A stretch of 64,000 nucleotides of DNA, from positions 65,781,364 to 65,845,363 of the forward strand of contig NC_068986.1 of the NCBI RefSeq assembly GCF_001194135.2, read 5' to 3'. The notes under the pieces were generated by a model. It ran no database searches. It saw only the letters and a list, made by a program, of their open reading frames with translations, and had not been told where the DNA came from. This stretch comes from Octopus bimaculoides (Eukaryota). This document shows positions 36,148 to 50,084 of the stretch, in pieces (position 1 is the first letter of the stretch; each line of letters starts with the position of its first letter). The position numbers were made by a program, and so were the translations under genes.

Positions 36148-36342
36148 CAGGAGTGGTTGTGTAGGCGCAGGCATGGCAGTGTGGTAAGAAGCTTGCTTCC
36201 TAACCAGATGGTTCAGGGTTCAGTCACACTGCATTGCACGTTAGGCAAGTGTCTTCTACTGTAACCTCGGGCCGACCAAAGCCTTGTGAGCGGATTTGGA
36301 TTTGGTAGAAGGAAACTGAATGACGCTTGTCGTTTATATATA
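36148..36342 (+). mobile_element. Family B tRNA-derived SINE 5' half
   Basis: GGCAGTGTGGTAAG (A-box-like)..GGTTCAG (B-box-like)..TAGGCAAGTGTCTTCTACT..GGGCCGACCAAAGCCTTGTGAG..GGATTTGGTAGA. Homologous to the reverse complement of 63618-63770. Confidence 0.85.
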
Positions 36343-38450
36343 TAATTTTCCTGCCTTGCATTAGTTGTTAATTTCTAAACAATTACTAGCTCTATCAGTG
36401 AACGGGAATCGCTTTATTGAACCTAGATGGTTCAAAAGGAAAGATCATCCTGATGGGATTTGAACACATGTATGTCGAAGGATTAAACGGGGTTTTTTCA
36501 CTCTTTCTACCAACACATCACTATCACTAACGTAAGGTTGGGAAATGATTTATTTTGTGGATTAAAAAATATATCTGTTCACTGTTAAATCTCGCAAATA
36601 GATCAAAGTGTTGATTAAACTGAATAAACAAGATTTAAATAACTTATTTCTAAAATTATTTCTACTAAACGTTTAGTGTAGTACCTAGATAAAGTAGACA
36701 AAATTATGACGTGTTTGATAGATATGATAGACGTGCGTGCGTGTGTGTGGATGACTATTCTATAGCCAACGAGCCGTGATTGAAAGACAATCATATTTTC
36801 AATCTAATCTCTGCAAAGATAGAATTGTTTTTGGTTTTGGTTACTGCTTGATTCTCCATCAACACGAAAAGAGTTGATGCGCAAACATAATCCATAAACA
36901 GGTCTTACTAGAAGTTGGTCTGGCGCCAACAGAATAGATTTCTCAGACATTTTCTGATTCCCTACACTGGAACCCTAAACTACTGAAACCGATCCTTCAC
37001 ACCCTCTTCCTCACATGTTGTAGGATGTGATTGGTGTTGCTGTATGTTTGTGCTTATCTGCACATGGAATAGAAACTTTGCATTCAAATCAGCAGCAGTC
37101 ATTTCATTCTGTATTTCAGAAAAGCAATGAATATTATTTACAGTAATATACTGTGGTTCATTCAATCGACTATATTCATATCTAAAAGTGTTGGACTTAA
37201 TACCCAATTAATAGAAATCAATTCATTATGAAATATGATATAACACCAGTTCTGTTGAAGTAAAATATCGTGACAGTGGAACTGTTTATCTGCTAAAGGA
37301 AACAAATAAATCAAACTTGGTAAGACGTACTAATGAGGGCGGAACTACGTGGATGTTTGAAATCATATCCAAACTACCCTCAAAGCTCTTATTTATCTTA
37401 ATGAATAGGAAGTTCACACTAGATAATGCAACCCAAGTGCAGTCCTATTCTAAAAATATTATAGGATGGTCGGATATGGAAAATATCTTCGACTATCAGT
37501 TTGTTCAATTAGAACTGACCTGGAACTAAATAACAACCTTCTAGGTCTCTGAAACAATTGTCTGTCGAGGACCCTGCATACCGAAGAAAGACTATTCTAA
37601 ACTTGTTCATAACTCGAGAAACTTGGTGTCTAAATTTAAAGCATAGCACATTATATTTTGAAGCTGACTCTTTCTATATTGAAAATATGTATCAATGTAT
37701 GTACATCAATAGTTGCAGACACAGATTTAATTACAAACATTCCCACACACTTATGCATATATACATGCATTTTTATACACACGCGCGTACACTTTACTTT
37801 TTTGGAACCAGCGACAATTTCTAAATGGTTTATCTTATGAGATAGATACTGTTACCAAAACTATTGACAATGCCAACCCATGCAAAGTTTGCCTGAAACA
37901 AAAAGGCACACCAGAATGTATCCAAGTCTTTAAAATAAGGTATGCATATACAACATTCCTATCCAAACAGTAATCCAATCGAAATACATTAGAGCTGTTA
38001 TTGTTCTACAAGGCAGAGAACAAAATCATGCACTACAGTGGGAGTATCCTTCGCAACAGATATAAACGTATCGTCTAAAGATGTAGAAAAAGTTAACAAG
38101 CACGATGGACTAAAGCAAAACATATACTCTTACATCGGAAGTATGGATTCTTATTTTTATCTATCAAATATGCAGTTGGGTATGTAACAAAATAATTTCA
38201 AAAAAGCTTAGTAATGCTAGCAATGATGAAATTAAACTGAAAAATATAATCGATTATTGGTATAGTTAAAATTCGTAACACATTCTATATATTTTCTACC
38301 ACATTTTTCTGAACAAACAAATATGCATTAAGCCTGAGTATGTATGTAGTACAACTAGACACACAGACACAGACACACACGGACAAACAGATACACACAC
38401 ATACATACATACATCCACGCACACACACACGTACACCCACACACACACGT

Positions 38451-38493
<43 letters not shown>

Positions 38494-39687
38494 TATATAT
38501 ATATAACAGAGATTGTGTGTCTGTGTGTGGTGCATATGCTCTTTATGGATTCGAAAATGAGGTCGGGTCGCACAATTTTGTGGTCATTTTCGGGCAATAT
38601 TTAGATTTGCTTCTAATCTACGTTGCAAATTTTAATGTTTTCTGTGTCAAAAAATTCAACAATGTACAAGGAGTTTTATGAGTACATTTGTGATGTACAA
38701 AACCCAATTTGTCAACGGAAAACTTGCTTTTTTAGAACAATTATTAGCACATATTCTGTCTTTGTGCCACAACTAAACTGCCAATGTGAACGTCTTCAGT
38801 ATTCCATGTTTAAACAATGTCTTTGAAGTATGTGGTACCATTTCTTTGCACAAAGCCCTATTTTTCAACAGAAAATTTACTAATGAACCGTGTTTCTGGC
38901 ATAATTCTAATCACTTCTGGCATTGCAACCGAAAACAATTTGTCCATGTATATTTCCTTGGTAGCAAATGACACAGAAATGCCAAACGAACGTTCTCAGG
39001 TTTAAATTCAATAAAATTTCCCCAAGGATTAATTAAGCCCGGTAAGAGCCTATAGTCCTTCAAGTGTGGTAAAGACGTGAAGCAATGACTAAAACCTTTC
39101 GAACTTTTTTGCCTTTAGCATTTTTTGTCTTTATTCAACCCAATTTATGCAAATTTGCTTATCGTTATTAGTATATATTCATGCCTAATATTCATTCCAT
39201 AAGCCGCAAAGTTCGTAAAGATTTTGCCACAATCTCCCTAATTTTCACAGTGGTTGAGCGTGTAATATAATGCTGGTGGTGCGATGGAAAACAAATATCT
39301 GACCTGATAACCTCAGTGAAGACAACAACAACACCGTGCATCAATGCGAGGGCAAATTAAGGTCACATACACACATGAGTCCACCCATGATGCGTGTCCC
39401 TTCGTTGGTCGGGATGCACAGCGTGTTCACTTGTTGGTACAATTTCAAATCAATTTTACCTTATCAGAGACATGTACTGCAATACCAGTTGGTCGTAGTG
39501 TTATTGATATCAACGACCCGGGCAACGCTGGAGTGCATTGTATGTCGAGCGTACGTTCCGCTAGAACTCGAAAATTGAATNNNNNNNNNNNNNNNNNNNN
39601 NNNNNNNNNNNNNNNNNNNNNNNNNNNNNNNNNNNNNNNNNNNNNNNNNNNNNNNNNNNNNNNNNNNNNNNNNNNNNNNNNNNNNNN

Positions 39688-39743
<56 letters not shown>

Positions 39744-39999
39744 TAATAGATACATACATACATACGTGCAAATGTATGTACTCTTGGGAACTGTCTTGAC
39801 TCAAACAAAGAACGTTGTTACTTTTTGTTTGGTTTGAATTCTCTGAAGACATTAAATAAGTAGTTAAATAAAACATATACTCGCATATATTTATTGCTAA
39901 TGCATTCTGAGCCGTAACTTAAAAATGAAATTTCAGTACCCCTACGAAATATTTCTCTGGCACTTGCAATTAAAGAATGTAACACGGAAAATACCTTCA

Positions 40000-42420
40000 C
40001 AAAACTTCATAAAGATTTAAAACAGAAATTAGAAAAGTAGTTCGGAGATAAAACTAAAGACTTTAACCTCTGAACTCTATCAACTGAAACAAGAGGACCT
40101 AAAATTGAGGACTTAAAATACAAATTTGTGTATCTTAAACGCCAGGTGCTGGATACATGTTGCTAGACTTCTCAGATGCGTCTAAACTTCAACATAAACA
40201 ATGCAATATCTGTAACAGAGATTGAGTTATTTACGTTGAACCAATTGAACGCTACTGGAAGTATATATGGAAAAAAGATATAAGTTTAACAAGTAAGTTA
40301 TACGCATGAAACAACTACAAGACTACTTCAAACATGTTAGCAAAAACAGTACGAAATCAATAACAAAGTACAAGAAACAATCCTGAAGAAAATAACAAAC
40401 AGATATTGGACCAAATAGTTAAAATTTTATCCCGGATATCAGATCAAGTCGCTTACATTTTATCACAGAGATTTGATAACGCATTATGATAAGAATATCG
40501 GTTCTACAGTAAAATTGTTATCCCCAAAATAGTCAAACTCCACCACCACTACCACCACCATCAAACTAAAAATTAGTACCGAATTATTTGTCAAAGCATC
40601 ATTTATAAAATATTCAATGGGTGACTTAATCTTTTCGTGTAAAATCATTGTACGACCAACGATATTTTATAACGAAAAGAAACTAGTTGAGATGACGTAG
40701 GATAGGAGCTATAGAGCAGCTACTAATCAAAGCAGCAACTAATCAACGAAATGATACAAGAAACAGTAAAGGACCACAGAAATTTGGTTGTAATGTGACA
40801 GGAATATCAGAATAGCTTTGATAGTATATTACAGTAGTGGGTTATCAAAGCATAGCATTAACCAAAATTCAATAGCGTTGCTATTCAACAACGAACTGCA
40901 GACATCGTACACTAATTTGCTTATTAGTGATGGTAAACATAAATCAAATTTGACACTATCTATTAATAAAAAGGCATCCTGCATGGCAGTAGCTTGGCAG
41001 CACCATGCTTTGTTCTCTCAGTAGCACCGATAACATATCAGCTCACGAAAATATAGTGTTTATTGAAATGAATACACTGAATCCAAAAGCACCTATCACC
41101 TTTTCTTTGTAGATGACCTGAAGCTGTATGGTCCAAGTATTAACCTCATTAAAAAGCAATTTTATCTCATTATCCAATATTCCACAGACATTTGAATGAA
41201 ATTTAATGGGTTCAAATGTTATATGGAAAAAACTTCTACTCTGTCCCCAAAATAAACTAAACATGAATGGCTTAATATTACAGCCTTTACATTCGAGTAA
41301 GAACTGAAATCCAAATCCATTAATAAGATGGTAAATAATGAACAGCTATATAGGACAAAGAAAATGTGAACTTTCGACTTACAATACCTGTTCCTACATC
41401 TACATTTCACTAAGTACAATTGGTTGTGAAAACTCGCAAACAGTTTAGTATTACTGAAAATCTCGGCATTATTGGGGATGTAGGCATATATTTTCCACAA
41501 AAAGAGACGTCCATTGCCTTATAGGTGTATTAACTCCTTGCGGGACCTGGATTATATCACTAAAGCAACATCTTCAACAGGAAGAAAAGGAGCTTAAGTT
41601 AGCCAGCACGAAAATACAAACTTCATTAGAAAAGTAAAGGAGCTTGAATGGAGACACAGAATAAATTCTTAGTCACTCTCCGAAAAATATTTGAAAGTCT
41701 TACTTCACGCTAAATTGAAATGAAAAACAAAAATAGAGCATGTCACTGAGAGGTTTCTACGTGCATATTTGAAACAAGAAACATAGGCTAAGGAGGAAAT
41801 AGACCATACAGGAAATAAACTTGGTATGGAGTTTCTGATAGCTTTAAAATATCTCACCTTAAATCATGCTTTCCAGGAGCAATAAATCTCAACCAATTCA
41901 CCTTCTACAAAAAAGATACAATGCATAAACTAACATGTGTTAGCTTTGTAAAACCCAAACTGAAGATATTGCTACATCATTGTCTTTGAGAAATGTCCTC
42001 TAGATATTAGTTCCCATAAGCATTGTATGATAGCCAGAGCAATCTGAAATAGAGTTTGAAAGAAACTAGACATCAAGTAAAGATTATTATAATGAGAGCG
42101 ATGCATTAAAATATATTGCTGGTCCTCAGAAAAAAAAATCACTTTATTAAAATACAACTGACCTTGTATTCTTTAGGATCAAAATAAGAAAATAAGAAAA
42201 AAATTATTCTCTGTTAATGTGGTAAGGAAATAATAGGTCAAATAGAATCTATATGGGACATCAAGGGAGTATCTGTAAATTCAGTACCCAAAACATACTT
42301 TCAGCTGTATATCCAACAATATTACAGCAGCAGGATATTTACCAAGTCACCTTGATCAAAGAGTGGCGGGACTTGAATTCTTGCATATCTCTACAGGTTA
42401 TCACGGTTTCTGAGATAATC
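40000..42420 (+). mobile_element. Highly decayed RLE-type LINE (same family as 23190-23435)
   Basis: Scattered collinear motifs: IERYWKYIW (~40245), KGILHGSSLAAPCFVLSVAP (~40975), HLFFVDDLKLYG (~41095), MSSRY*FP (~41995), KYN*P (~42150). Confidence 0.7.
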
Positions 42421-42563
42421 AATATCTGCAAGACCGTATAATTTAAAAAGTGAATAGTTACGCAGAAGATAACGGAAAGATTAATTATTATTCTCGGTGG
42501 ATCAACTTGACTGATAATTTGTTTTATAGTATGCACATACGTACGTCTCTGCGTGCTTATATA

Positions 42564-43038
42564 TTGAATATTCTAGATCAAGGCTATATTGTAAAGGGCC
42601 GGTAGGTTTCAGGATCCAATTGATTTCGCGTTGCTCTAATCTACGCTGCGTACTTGCATACATAGCTACACTGATGCAGTTGTCTAAATTCCAATGAAAG
42701 TGCATTAATTCTCAGCTAGACACTGGATCTTTTTCTATTGGTAAAGGATTCGAAACAATAAAATCAGAAAAACACCATACATGCATGCATACATGAACAA
42801 TAACCGTCCCATGCAAACGACTATGATACAGGAACATGTACCATGTTTTCACTAATCGTTTTTAGATTCGTCTGTAGTCGCTGAACCCCAAACCCTGACT
42901 CTTCAGCTGGAGTGTATGATGGATAGCGTGAAAACCAGTTCCCGGCACGAGGGTGTTACTGGTCTTCAGCAGAATAGATTAGATCAACGTAAAATGAAGT
43001 GAATCCTGAAACCTACAGCCTTGGTCTAGAATATTCAA
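42564..43038. repeat. Inverted repeat pair (42564-42649 and 42969-43038)
   Basis: TAGATTAGA.CAACG..AAAT.AA.TG.ATCCTGAAACCTAC..AGCCTTG.TCTAGAATATTCAA is present on opposite strands. Confidence 0.75.
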
Positions 43039-43049
43039 CTCCTGACAAT

Positions 43050-43345
43050 AAACGTCCCACATACGATGTATATTGGACATTTCTATACCCGGCAGAGCCC
43101 ATCCTTCTGACAACAGCCGGTTTCTTTGAGAGAGGAAACAATCTTCAAAATAGAGTGAACTTCGGCTATATTGGAACCCAGAGAGCGGAGAGCAATTACC
43201 GAAGGCAATATATCCGATGCTCATACAGTTCAACCACATTAACATCTGGTTTTATTATACACATAGATATCAAACTACTGGAAATTCTGCTAACCGGTAC
43301 GGCGTACTTCAAAACGCATTTATAGATCTGCTTTTAGATCATCCA
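43050..43345 (+). mobile_element. Possible RTE-type LINE C-terminal relic
   Basis: One frame reads HIRCILDIS..LRLYW..LPKAIY..AFIDLL, weakly like IRRILGISW..RLRW..LPKAIFY..YID.L. Confidence 0.4.
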
Positions 43346-43387
43346 AGAAGTTAAAAATAAATATTATTTCAGTGTGCTTCCCATTCT

Positions 43388-43394
43388 TGTAGTA

Positions 43395-43477
<83 letters not shown>

Positions 43478-43501
43478 TGTTGTTGTTGTTGTTGTTGTTG
43501 C
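43388..43501. repeat. (TAG)n/(GTT)n microsatellite
   Basis: Direct reading. Confidence 0.95.
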
Positions 43502-43704
43502 TAATTTCCTTCAGCTTAGATTTTTCGACGCTAAANNNNNNNNNNNNNNNNNNNNNNNNNNNNNNNNNNNNNNNNNNNNNNNNNNNNNNNNNNNNNNNNN
43601 NNNNNNNNNNNNNNNNNNNNNNNNNNTATATATATATATATATATATATATATGAATATATATATGTATGTATGTGTGTGTCTGTCTGTGTGTGTATGTA
43701 TATT

Positions 43705-43744
<40 letters not shown>

Positions 43745-44552
43745 CACACACATATAAATATATATTAATATATATATATACACATGTAAGTATATATGTA
43801 TATATATACATGCATATATATACATATATGTATACATATAGGCATATATAAAATATAAACACACATATATTCATATACACATAGGAATACACATATATAC
43901 GTATGTCATACGCGTATGTGTATGAGAGAGGGAGGGGGGGTAAAATAACTGAGAGTGAGTGAGTGAGAGAGAGAGAGAGAGAATGAATGAATGAATATGT
44001 GTGTATCGATATGTTTGTGTAGGTATGCGCGTATGCAAATATCTGTATGTGTGGTATTTGTAAAAAGGATAACTCCACAGAGACCTCCACAGATAACGGT
44101 ATTCATTGACCGCGAAACATCTAAGCAAATGATAAAGGGCTTCATGCTAATAACGTAGGGCTAAAATCATCTTTGTGTACATCTATGTATATAACTATGT
44201 GTGTATTTTATGTATGTAAGTATATACATACACGCAAACATATATATAAATATATACATGTACACGCATAGATACATACATACATACATTCATACATACA
44301 TGTATACATACATACATACATACATACTTACATACATACATACATATATATATTTTCAATCTGCTTCAAAAGCGCTGCTATCTGCTATGTAAATTATTCC
44401 ACATCGGTACGTTTGCATAATTAGCTTTTGAAAATCTCGGAACAGTTGGACAGCTTTTTAAACTAATCATAAAAGGAGGAGTATATTTATCAATTTTAAA
44501 TGTGTTCGGTGTTTTCGTTGAGTCTCTCACATTCTCCTTCTTGTTACTAAAG

Positions 44553-44612
44553 AACAACAACAACAAAAACAACTACGACGACTATTATCAACATCATCAA
44601 CATCATCACCAT

Positions 44613-44644
<32 letters not shown>

Positions 44645-44649
44645 GCTAC

Positions 44650-44710
<61 letters not shown>

Positions 44711-44735
44711 CTAGCAGCAGCAGCAGCAGCAGCAG
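44553..44735. repeat. Compound (ACA)/(CAT)/(CAG)/(TAG)n/(CAG) trinucleotide repeat
   Basis: Direct reading. Confidence 0.95.
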
Positions 44736-44749
44736 TGCAGAGGTTTTGG

Positions 44750-46610
44750 CGAAGAAAAGAAGTGTCTGGCTCCAGTTCTTTCAATTTTGTCTTTACAATC
44801 TACTATATCCAGCAGACGACTGAAAACTGCCAACCGGTCTCGATCAAAAGAAAGAAGCCGAGGAGACTACACAATGGGATCGCTTGAATGCCGGATCCGT
44901 CCCACACATGACAACAGCTGTTCGATTAAACTCCACACGTTAGTAATGCAATGAGAGAAATATATCTTAGTTTTGTTTCCATTTTGGATAAGTTCTGCTA
45001 ATGGTACAACATTGACTGTAGAGTTATATCCCGTTCAGGCAATGACCCGTTGCTTCGGTAACACTGTCAAGCTAGAGATTTTTGGAGGCTGCACGTACTC
45101 CCCAGTTGCTCTTCGTCGATGCCTAGAATGTTGTCTGCTCCAGAATGAGTCAACTTGACTTTCATCTTTTCGGTCCCATGGTTAGAAACAATTACTATTA
45201 TCATTAAGGGTTCACGTGCTAAAACAAGAGGGAATGAAAGTAGTTCGATGGGCTCGGATGGTGGAGGCCCGATGTGGCAACAAACACACAATTCGTGATA
45301 AACCAGGATAGGTCATTGCAAGTCCGTCCCAATCAAATGTAGTTGGCTTTCCAGCAACACCTTACTCCATTATTTCAAGCGAAGGATAAGCTGGTGGTGG
45401 TAATGGGCCTCTGTGCCTACCTCAACGGCTTGTCGCAGCTCTCATTTTATTTGAACTGTCACCTTATACGATACCTCATGGGGAGAAAGGGAACTAAACC
45501 AAGGGGCCCTAAACAATTTGGATCAGACGATTTCTTTCGATAGAATCGCATATTGACAGCATGCATAAAATCAGCTGCTTTCAGTTTCATTTTCAGAAGC
45601 TGAATTGCAGTAATCAACAGATAATGGCACGTGCTTGTTGGTCAGAGCATCACGCGCTCGATCTTTCAGGTGCGTTCTCTTTCGTTTCCTCAATTCGTAC
45701 TGCATTCGAGGCATTGCTAGAACTGTTTAGTGGCATTCTTTTTGAGCTGACATATGCGGTCGATGTCAACGTAATGTTGTCGATTGGAGTAAAACAACCT
45801 AAACAAGTCAGTGAGCTTGTAGTTTAGCATCTTGGGAGGTAAATCCACGCCGTCAAACAGCGTCGTGATTTCCGGATAGACAGTTTTGTTAAATTGCTCG
45901 GTGTTTGGTTCAGTTCCGACGTCCAAGTGGACTGCAACTAGGAAGAGTTTATGAACAGAATAATCATCTTCACTCAGAATTGGGCTATGGGCAAACTATT
46001 TTAAAAATTTGAGTCGAGGTGGCGAATACCTACATCACTTCCGTCATGCCTTTCCCCAGTTCTAGTCAGACCAGATTAGAGTATCTACTTTTCTGCTTCG
46101 TTTGGAACGGACGAGTTCCACTGGTGGGGCGGTATATCTGTTGCCAATGCTCTCTGAAAGTTGGGCTCAAAATTCCATGGCCACTGATGTGCAGACACCC
46201 GCTAAGACTGCACCACTTACTACAGAGGTTCCTGAGCGATGAGTAGTATGATCTTTGTTTATATGATGGGCTTTCCTGCAGTTCGTCTACCTAGACAGTG
46301 TTGCGGTCCTGAGTTAAGAAAAGACTAAGATTAGGCACCTGGTACATGGAATGTTGTCTACCAATCGGGCAATATGATAGATAGAAGTTCCAATGCATAG
46401 GTAAGAAAGATGATATTCTCGAAAAGACATTTGGCATTGACGAGGATGAACTGAATGGTCTGACCTAGAGGTCTTTTTGATTGGGGTCCTGCCAGTGCTA
46501 CCGAGTGACACTAACGGTTCTGAATAAATTGTAAAGGTACGGAAGTGCTGCAAAGTTAAACTCACGGAGATGCACGCAAAGCGGCGAAACTGCGCTTCGT
46601 TTGCCTTCAT
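44750..46610 (+). mobile_element. Tx1/L1-clade LINE ORF2 relic with internal deletions
   Basis: GALNNLDQTISFDRI (~45505), YAVDV (~45750), VKLLGVWFSSDVQVD (~45890), EVANTYITSV, FCFVWNGRVPLVGRYICCQ..PWPLMCRHPLRLHHL. Similarity fades near 46590. Confidence 0.8.
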
Positions 46611-46849
46611 AATTTCACTCTTAATAACAAGTGTGCCATAAAGTGCACTGGCTTAAAACGCAGTGAAATCGAATACGGGACCTCATAATTTCGAAGCGAA
46701 TATATTGCTCACTGAGCCATACTGCATCCACATCACTGCGTTGATTTCTACTATGAGTGTTCAGTTGCTTGATCATTGCTTATTGAGTTGGTGAGGAATT
46801 GGCTTAGTATTCTAGTGATACCTCTTTTTACTTTGTCTGGAGAAAACGA

Positions 46850-47300
46850 CAGTGTCAATGACTTTTCAGGTCGTTTCTACGCTGATAACCGGTACCTTTT
46901 GATAAATTGCAAGTCAAATCAACGGAATAAATATGAACAGGAAAGAAATAACAGGAAGCCGAAGTTATGGGCAGGAAGGACTAGATGTATTGGTATGTGC
47001 AATATTTGGATGGATAGGACACAACTAGTGAAATGACAAGAGGAGAGACAAGCGAGTAGGAATTGCTTAAGTCGAGGTAGCAGGAGCCCAAGTATTTCCA
47101 AAGAGCAAAGGCCAGCATAGTAGCAGCAGAAAAGGAAAAGGGCCAAAGGCTACTGAGTGACTTTATGCCAATCAGTCTGGTGGGCCTTTTCTGAGAGCAG
47201 CCAAGGATATCTGCGTCAGTTACAGCAGCACTGTTCCAGACAGCAGAACAATACTTCACTGCGAACCTCAGATGAGCTTTGTAGAACATCAACACTTCAT
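46850..47300 (-). mobile_element. CR1/L2/Jockey-group LINE 3' fragment
   Basis: ORF 46981-47295 starts LMFYKAHLRFAVKYCSAVWNSAA..DILGCSQKRPTRLIG, matching LYK..IRP..EYCS.VW...L...Q.RA.RLI. Confidence 0.75.
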
Positions 47301-48548
47301 CAATAATTGTGGAGAGATGAAATATCTTTCAGACTTAAATATAAAAATGTTAGTCGTTGGGATGTTGTCCTAGCTACTATGTTAAAAATATTTAAACCGC
47401 ATGCAATGCAGCTGTGGTGTGATGTTGTTTGTTTAATACGAATAACTTCTCAGTTTTCAATTTTATTTCATTTTACAGTTTCCGGTGTTCGCATATTCTT
47501 GCACGTTATTCACGGAATTTCTTTGTAATAGACTGGTCTCGATTCAGCTGACTATTTCCCTAAATGAGATATTCGGCATTTGTGTTTATACGAGAAAACA
47601 TTAATTCGGTTCTGCTTTCGTCATGTCACAGTGTTTCAAATTTGCATTTTATGTTTCTGGGAGTCGAAAAATGTGTAGCAATCATATACTGCAGTCATTT
47701 AATCATATCATTTCACTATGAGTTTGTAGCTCCATGCCAAATTTGTGACCTTGTTTCATCCAACGTTAAAATTCATTACTAGTAACAGTAAAGTGCCTGA
47801 TTAGGTGGTCGGCAATATTTAAGTGAGGCTCTCAGTTCAAACTGTGCTGGAATAAGCATAACATTCTCTCGTTCAATTGACAGTAAATAAATATTGACTG
47901 GGCTAAAATTGGGATCAAAATCAAAAGACTAATTTATGGGTAAGTGCCAATACTTGCAATGCTTAATACTATATTTGTCGTTGCTGTTGTTGCATTTATA
48001 TAGTTATTGTGCAATCACCACCACCATCATCATCTTCATCATCATTATCATAGCCACAATGATATGAAATTATATAAATTTTGTATTACATCAACATTTA
48101 ATAAATAAAATAAAGACAAGCTCTATTTTCATTGATATTTTATATTTTTGATCATGTATAATATTTGCCAAAAGGGAAATTGGATTCCGGTTAGTGAGCG
48201 GCCTTTACAAAAATATAGTTATTTGTACACTTTCGGTGTGTATTGCATATATATAAAGTTATCAAAACACACACACATGCACGCAAATATATGTATGTGT
48301 GTGTATACGTAAATATATATACATACACAAACACATATATATATATGCATATACATAAATGTGTGTATGTATATGTGTGCATATATATTTATATCGTTTT
48401 TACATGTGGACATGTCGCTTTTGTTCAGATAATACATCTGTGCGTATATTCATGTATATATATATATACCCTATTTATTCTAAACTAAAACTTCATAATT
48501 ATTGTATACATGTATTTCATTTGTACATGTGCATAAGTATATATATAG

Positions 48549-48638
<90 letters not shown>

Positions 48639-49810
48639 ATGTATATATATATGCTGTTATATACAAACAATATAGTTATGATGCTATATATTTCCCCCTC
48701 TTGCCAATAAGCCAAAAGCATTTTTGCTTTTCGGTTTTACTGTATTTGTGTCTATATGTGTCTGTGTATAAACATATTTTTTTAGCGTATAAATAATATC
48801 ATTTTCTGTTGTGTCGTTATTTCAAAGAAAATGGTAATAGTTGAAGGATAATAGACAAATTCCACCTCATCGGAAATTAAACTCAGGTGTTAAGAAGTGA
48901 AATTAGATACTCTTACGTTATCAAACCACTTGTGGATTGTCTATTAAGCTCATGATGCTCAGGACATAATTCCCTGGTGTCCTATATCATATATGACGCA
49001 CATTTCCATTTTTTTTTCAAGCCGCTCGAGTAACTTGGGGCTTATATAAGGAAAGGTTATGTTTCCCAGAACGTACAAGAGCTATCTAAAAGTTTGAAAC
49101 CAAGTATGGATGTTTAGGACAAACTTATGAAAATATTTTAAGGAGGCTCCTGCTAGAAAAATATTCTACAAATGATGGCAATAATTTATTTATCATTTAT
49201 GCGAATATCAAAAAATATAATGCTATCTAACATAAGCATATGGCTGGAATATGTTCTGAGAGAATTAAAAACTTGACTGGCATATATTTCGTCTGGTATT
49301 TACTTTCACTGGAATAAAGAAGTGTTAAGTGGATTTATGTGACATTTGGACCCAGATGGCAGAGAATGAGGTAAATGTACACAAAAATATGGTTTCATAT
49401 GCACAGATATTCTAAAGAAAGACCAACCTTATTTCATTTCATCCTATTCTTGCGACCTTTAAATTGGAAATAAAAAAAGGTTATTTGAGAAGCTGCTTAA
49501 AAAGAGAGTGGATTGGGTCAGCAGCATTTTCTTTTCATATACACTCTAAATTTGTGTAGTCGACTTGGAAATAAGCAGATCTCTTAACCATAGAAAATAT
49601 ATGCAAGTCTCGTGCACCGGAAATTCTGGATTCTGATCTCGCTGATGGCCAATACATCTATATCTATTATCTGAAATCGTTGACTAAGTATCCTGCTTCG
49701 AAGGTGCCCCCAGGCCATGTGAATTTACAATGCCTATTCTGAGTAAGGCTATATTCGACAGAAGAAGGAAAGTGAGAAAGACCTACTTATATGAATTCTT
49801 GTAAATGTAC

Positions 49811-50080
49811 GTAACTTAGTGGTTAGGGGTCTTTGGCTCACGGCCGTAAGATCATGAGTTCGATTTGTGGTGGCGCGTTGTGAACTTCATCAAGACACTT
49901 TATATCACGTTGCTCTAGTCTACTCAGCTGGTAAAAATGAGTTGTACCAGTAATTCAGAGGGCCAGCGTTGTCACATTCTGTTTCATGCTGAATCTCCTC
50001 GAGAACCACGTTACGGGTACACATGTCTGTGGAGTGCTCAGCCACACACACTTCAATTTCACGAACAGAGGTTGTTCCAT
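49811..50080 (+). mobile_element. Family C tRNA-derived SINE
   Basis: CTTAGTGGTTAGGG (A-box-like)..GAGTTCGATT (B-box-like)..CAAGACACTTTATATCACGTTGCTCTAGTCTACTCAGCTGG. Confidence 0.82.
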
Positions 50081-50084
50081 TGTG

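Noticed and set aside
36880-38100. Possible LINE endonuclease and C-terminal zinc-finger remnants
   Set aside because: Requires many frameshifts, and the motifs are too short to distinguish from chance.
39290-39580. GC-richer segment with protein-like ORF 39344 and a Helitron-like CCGGGCAACGC..CTAG end
   Set aside because: In-frame stop just upstream, ORF runs into a gap, no recognisable domain, and the Helitron hairpin is imperfect.
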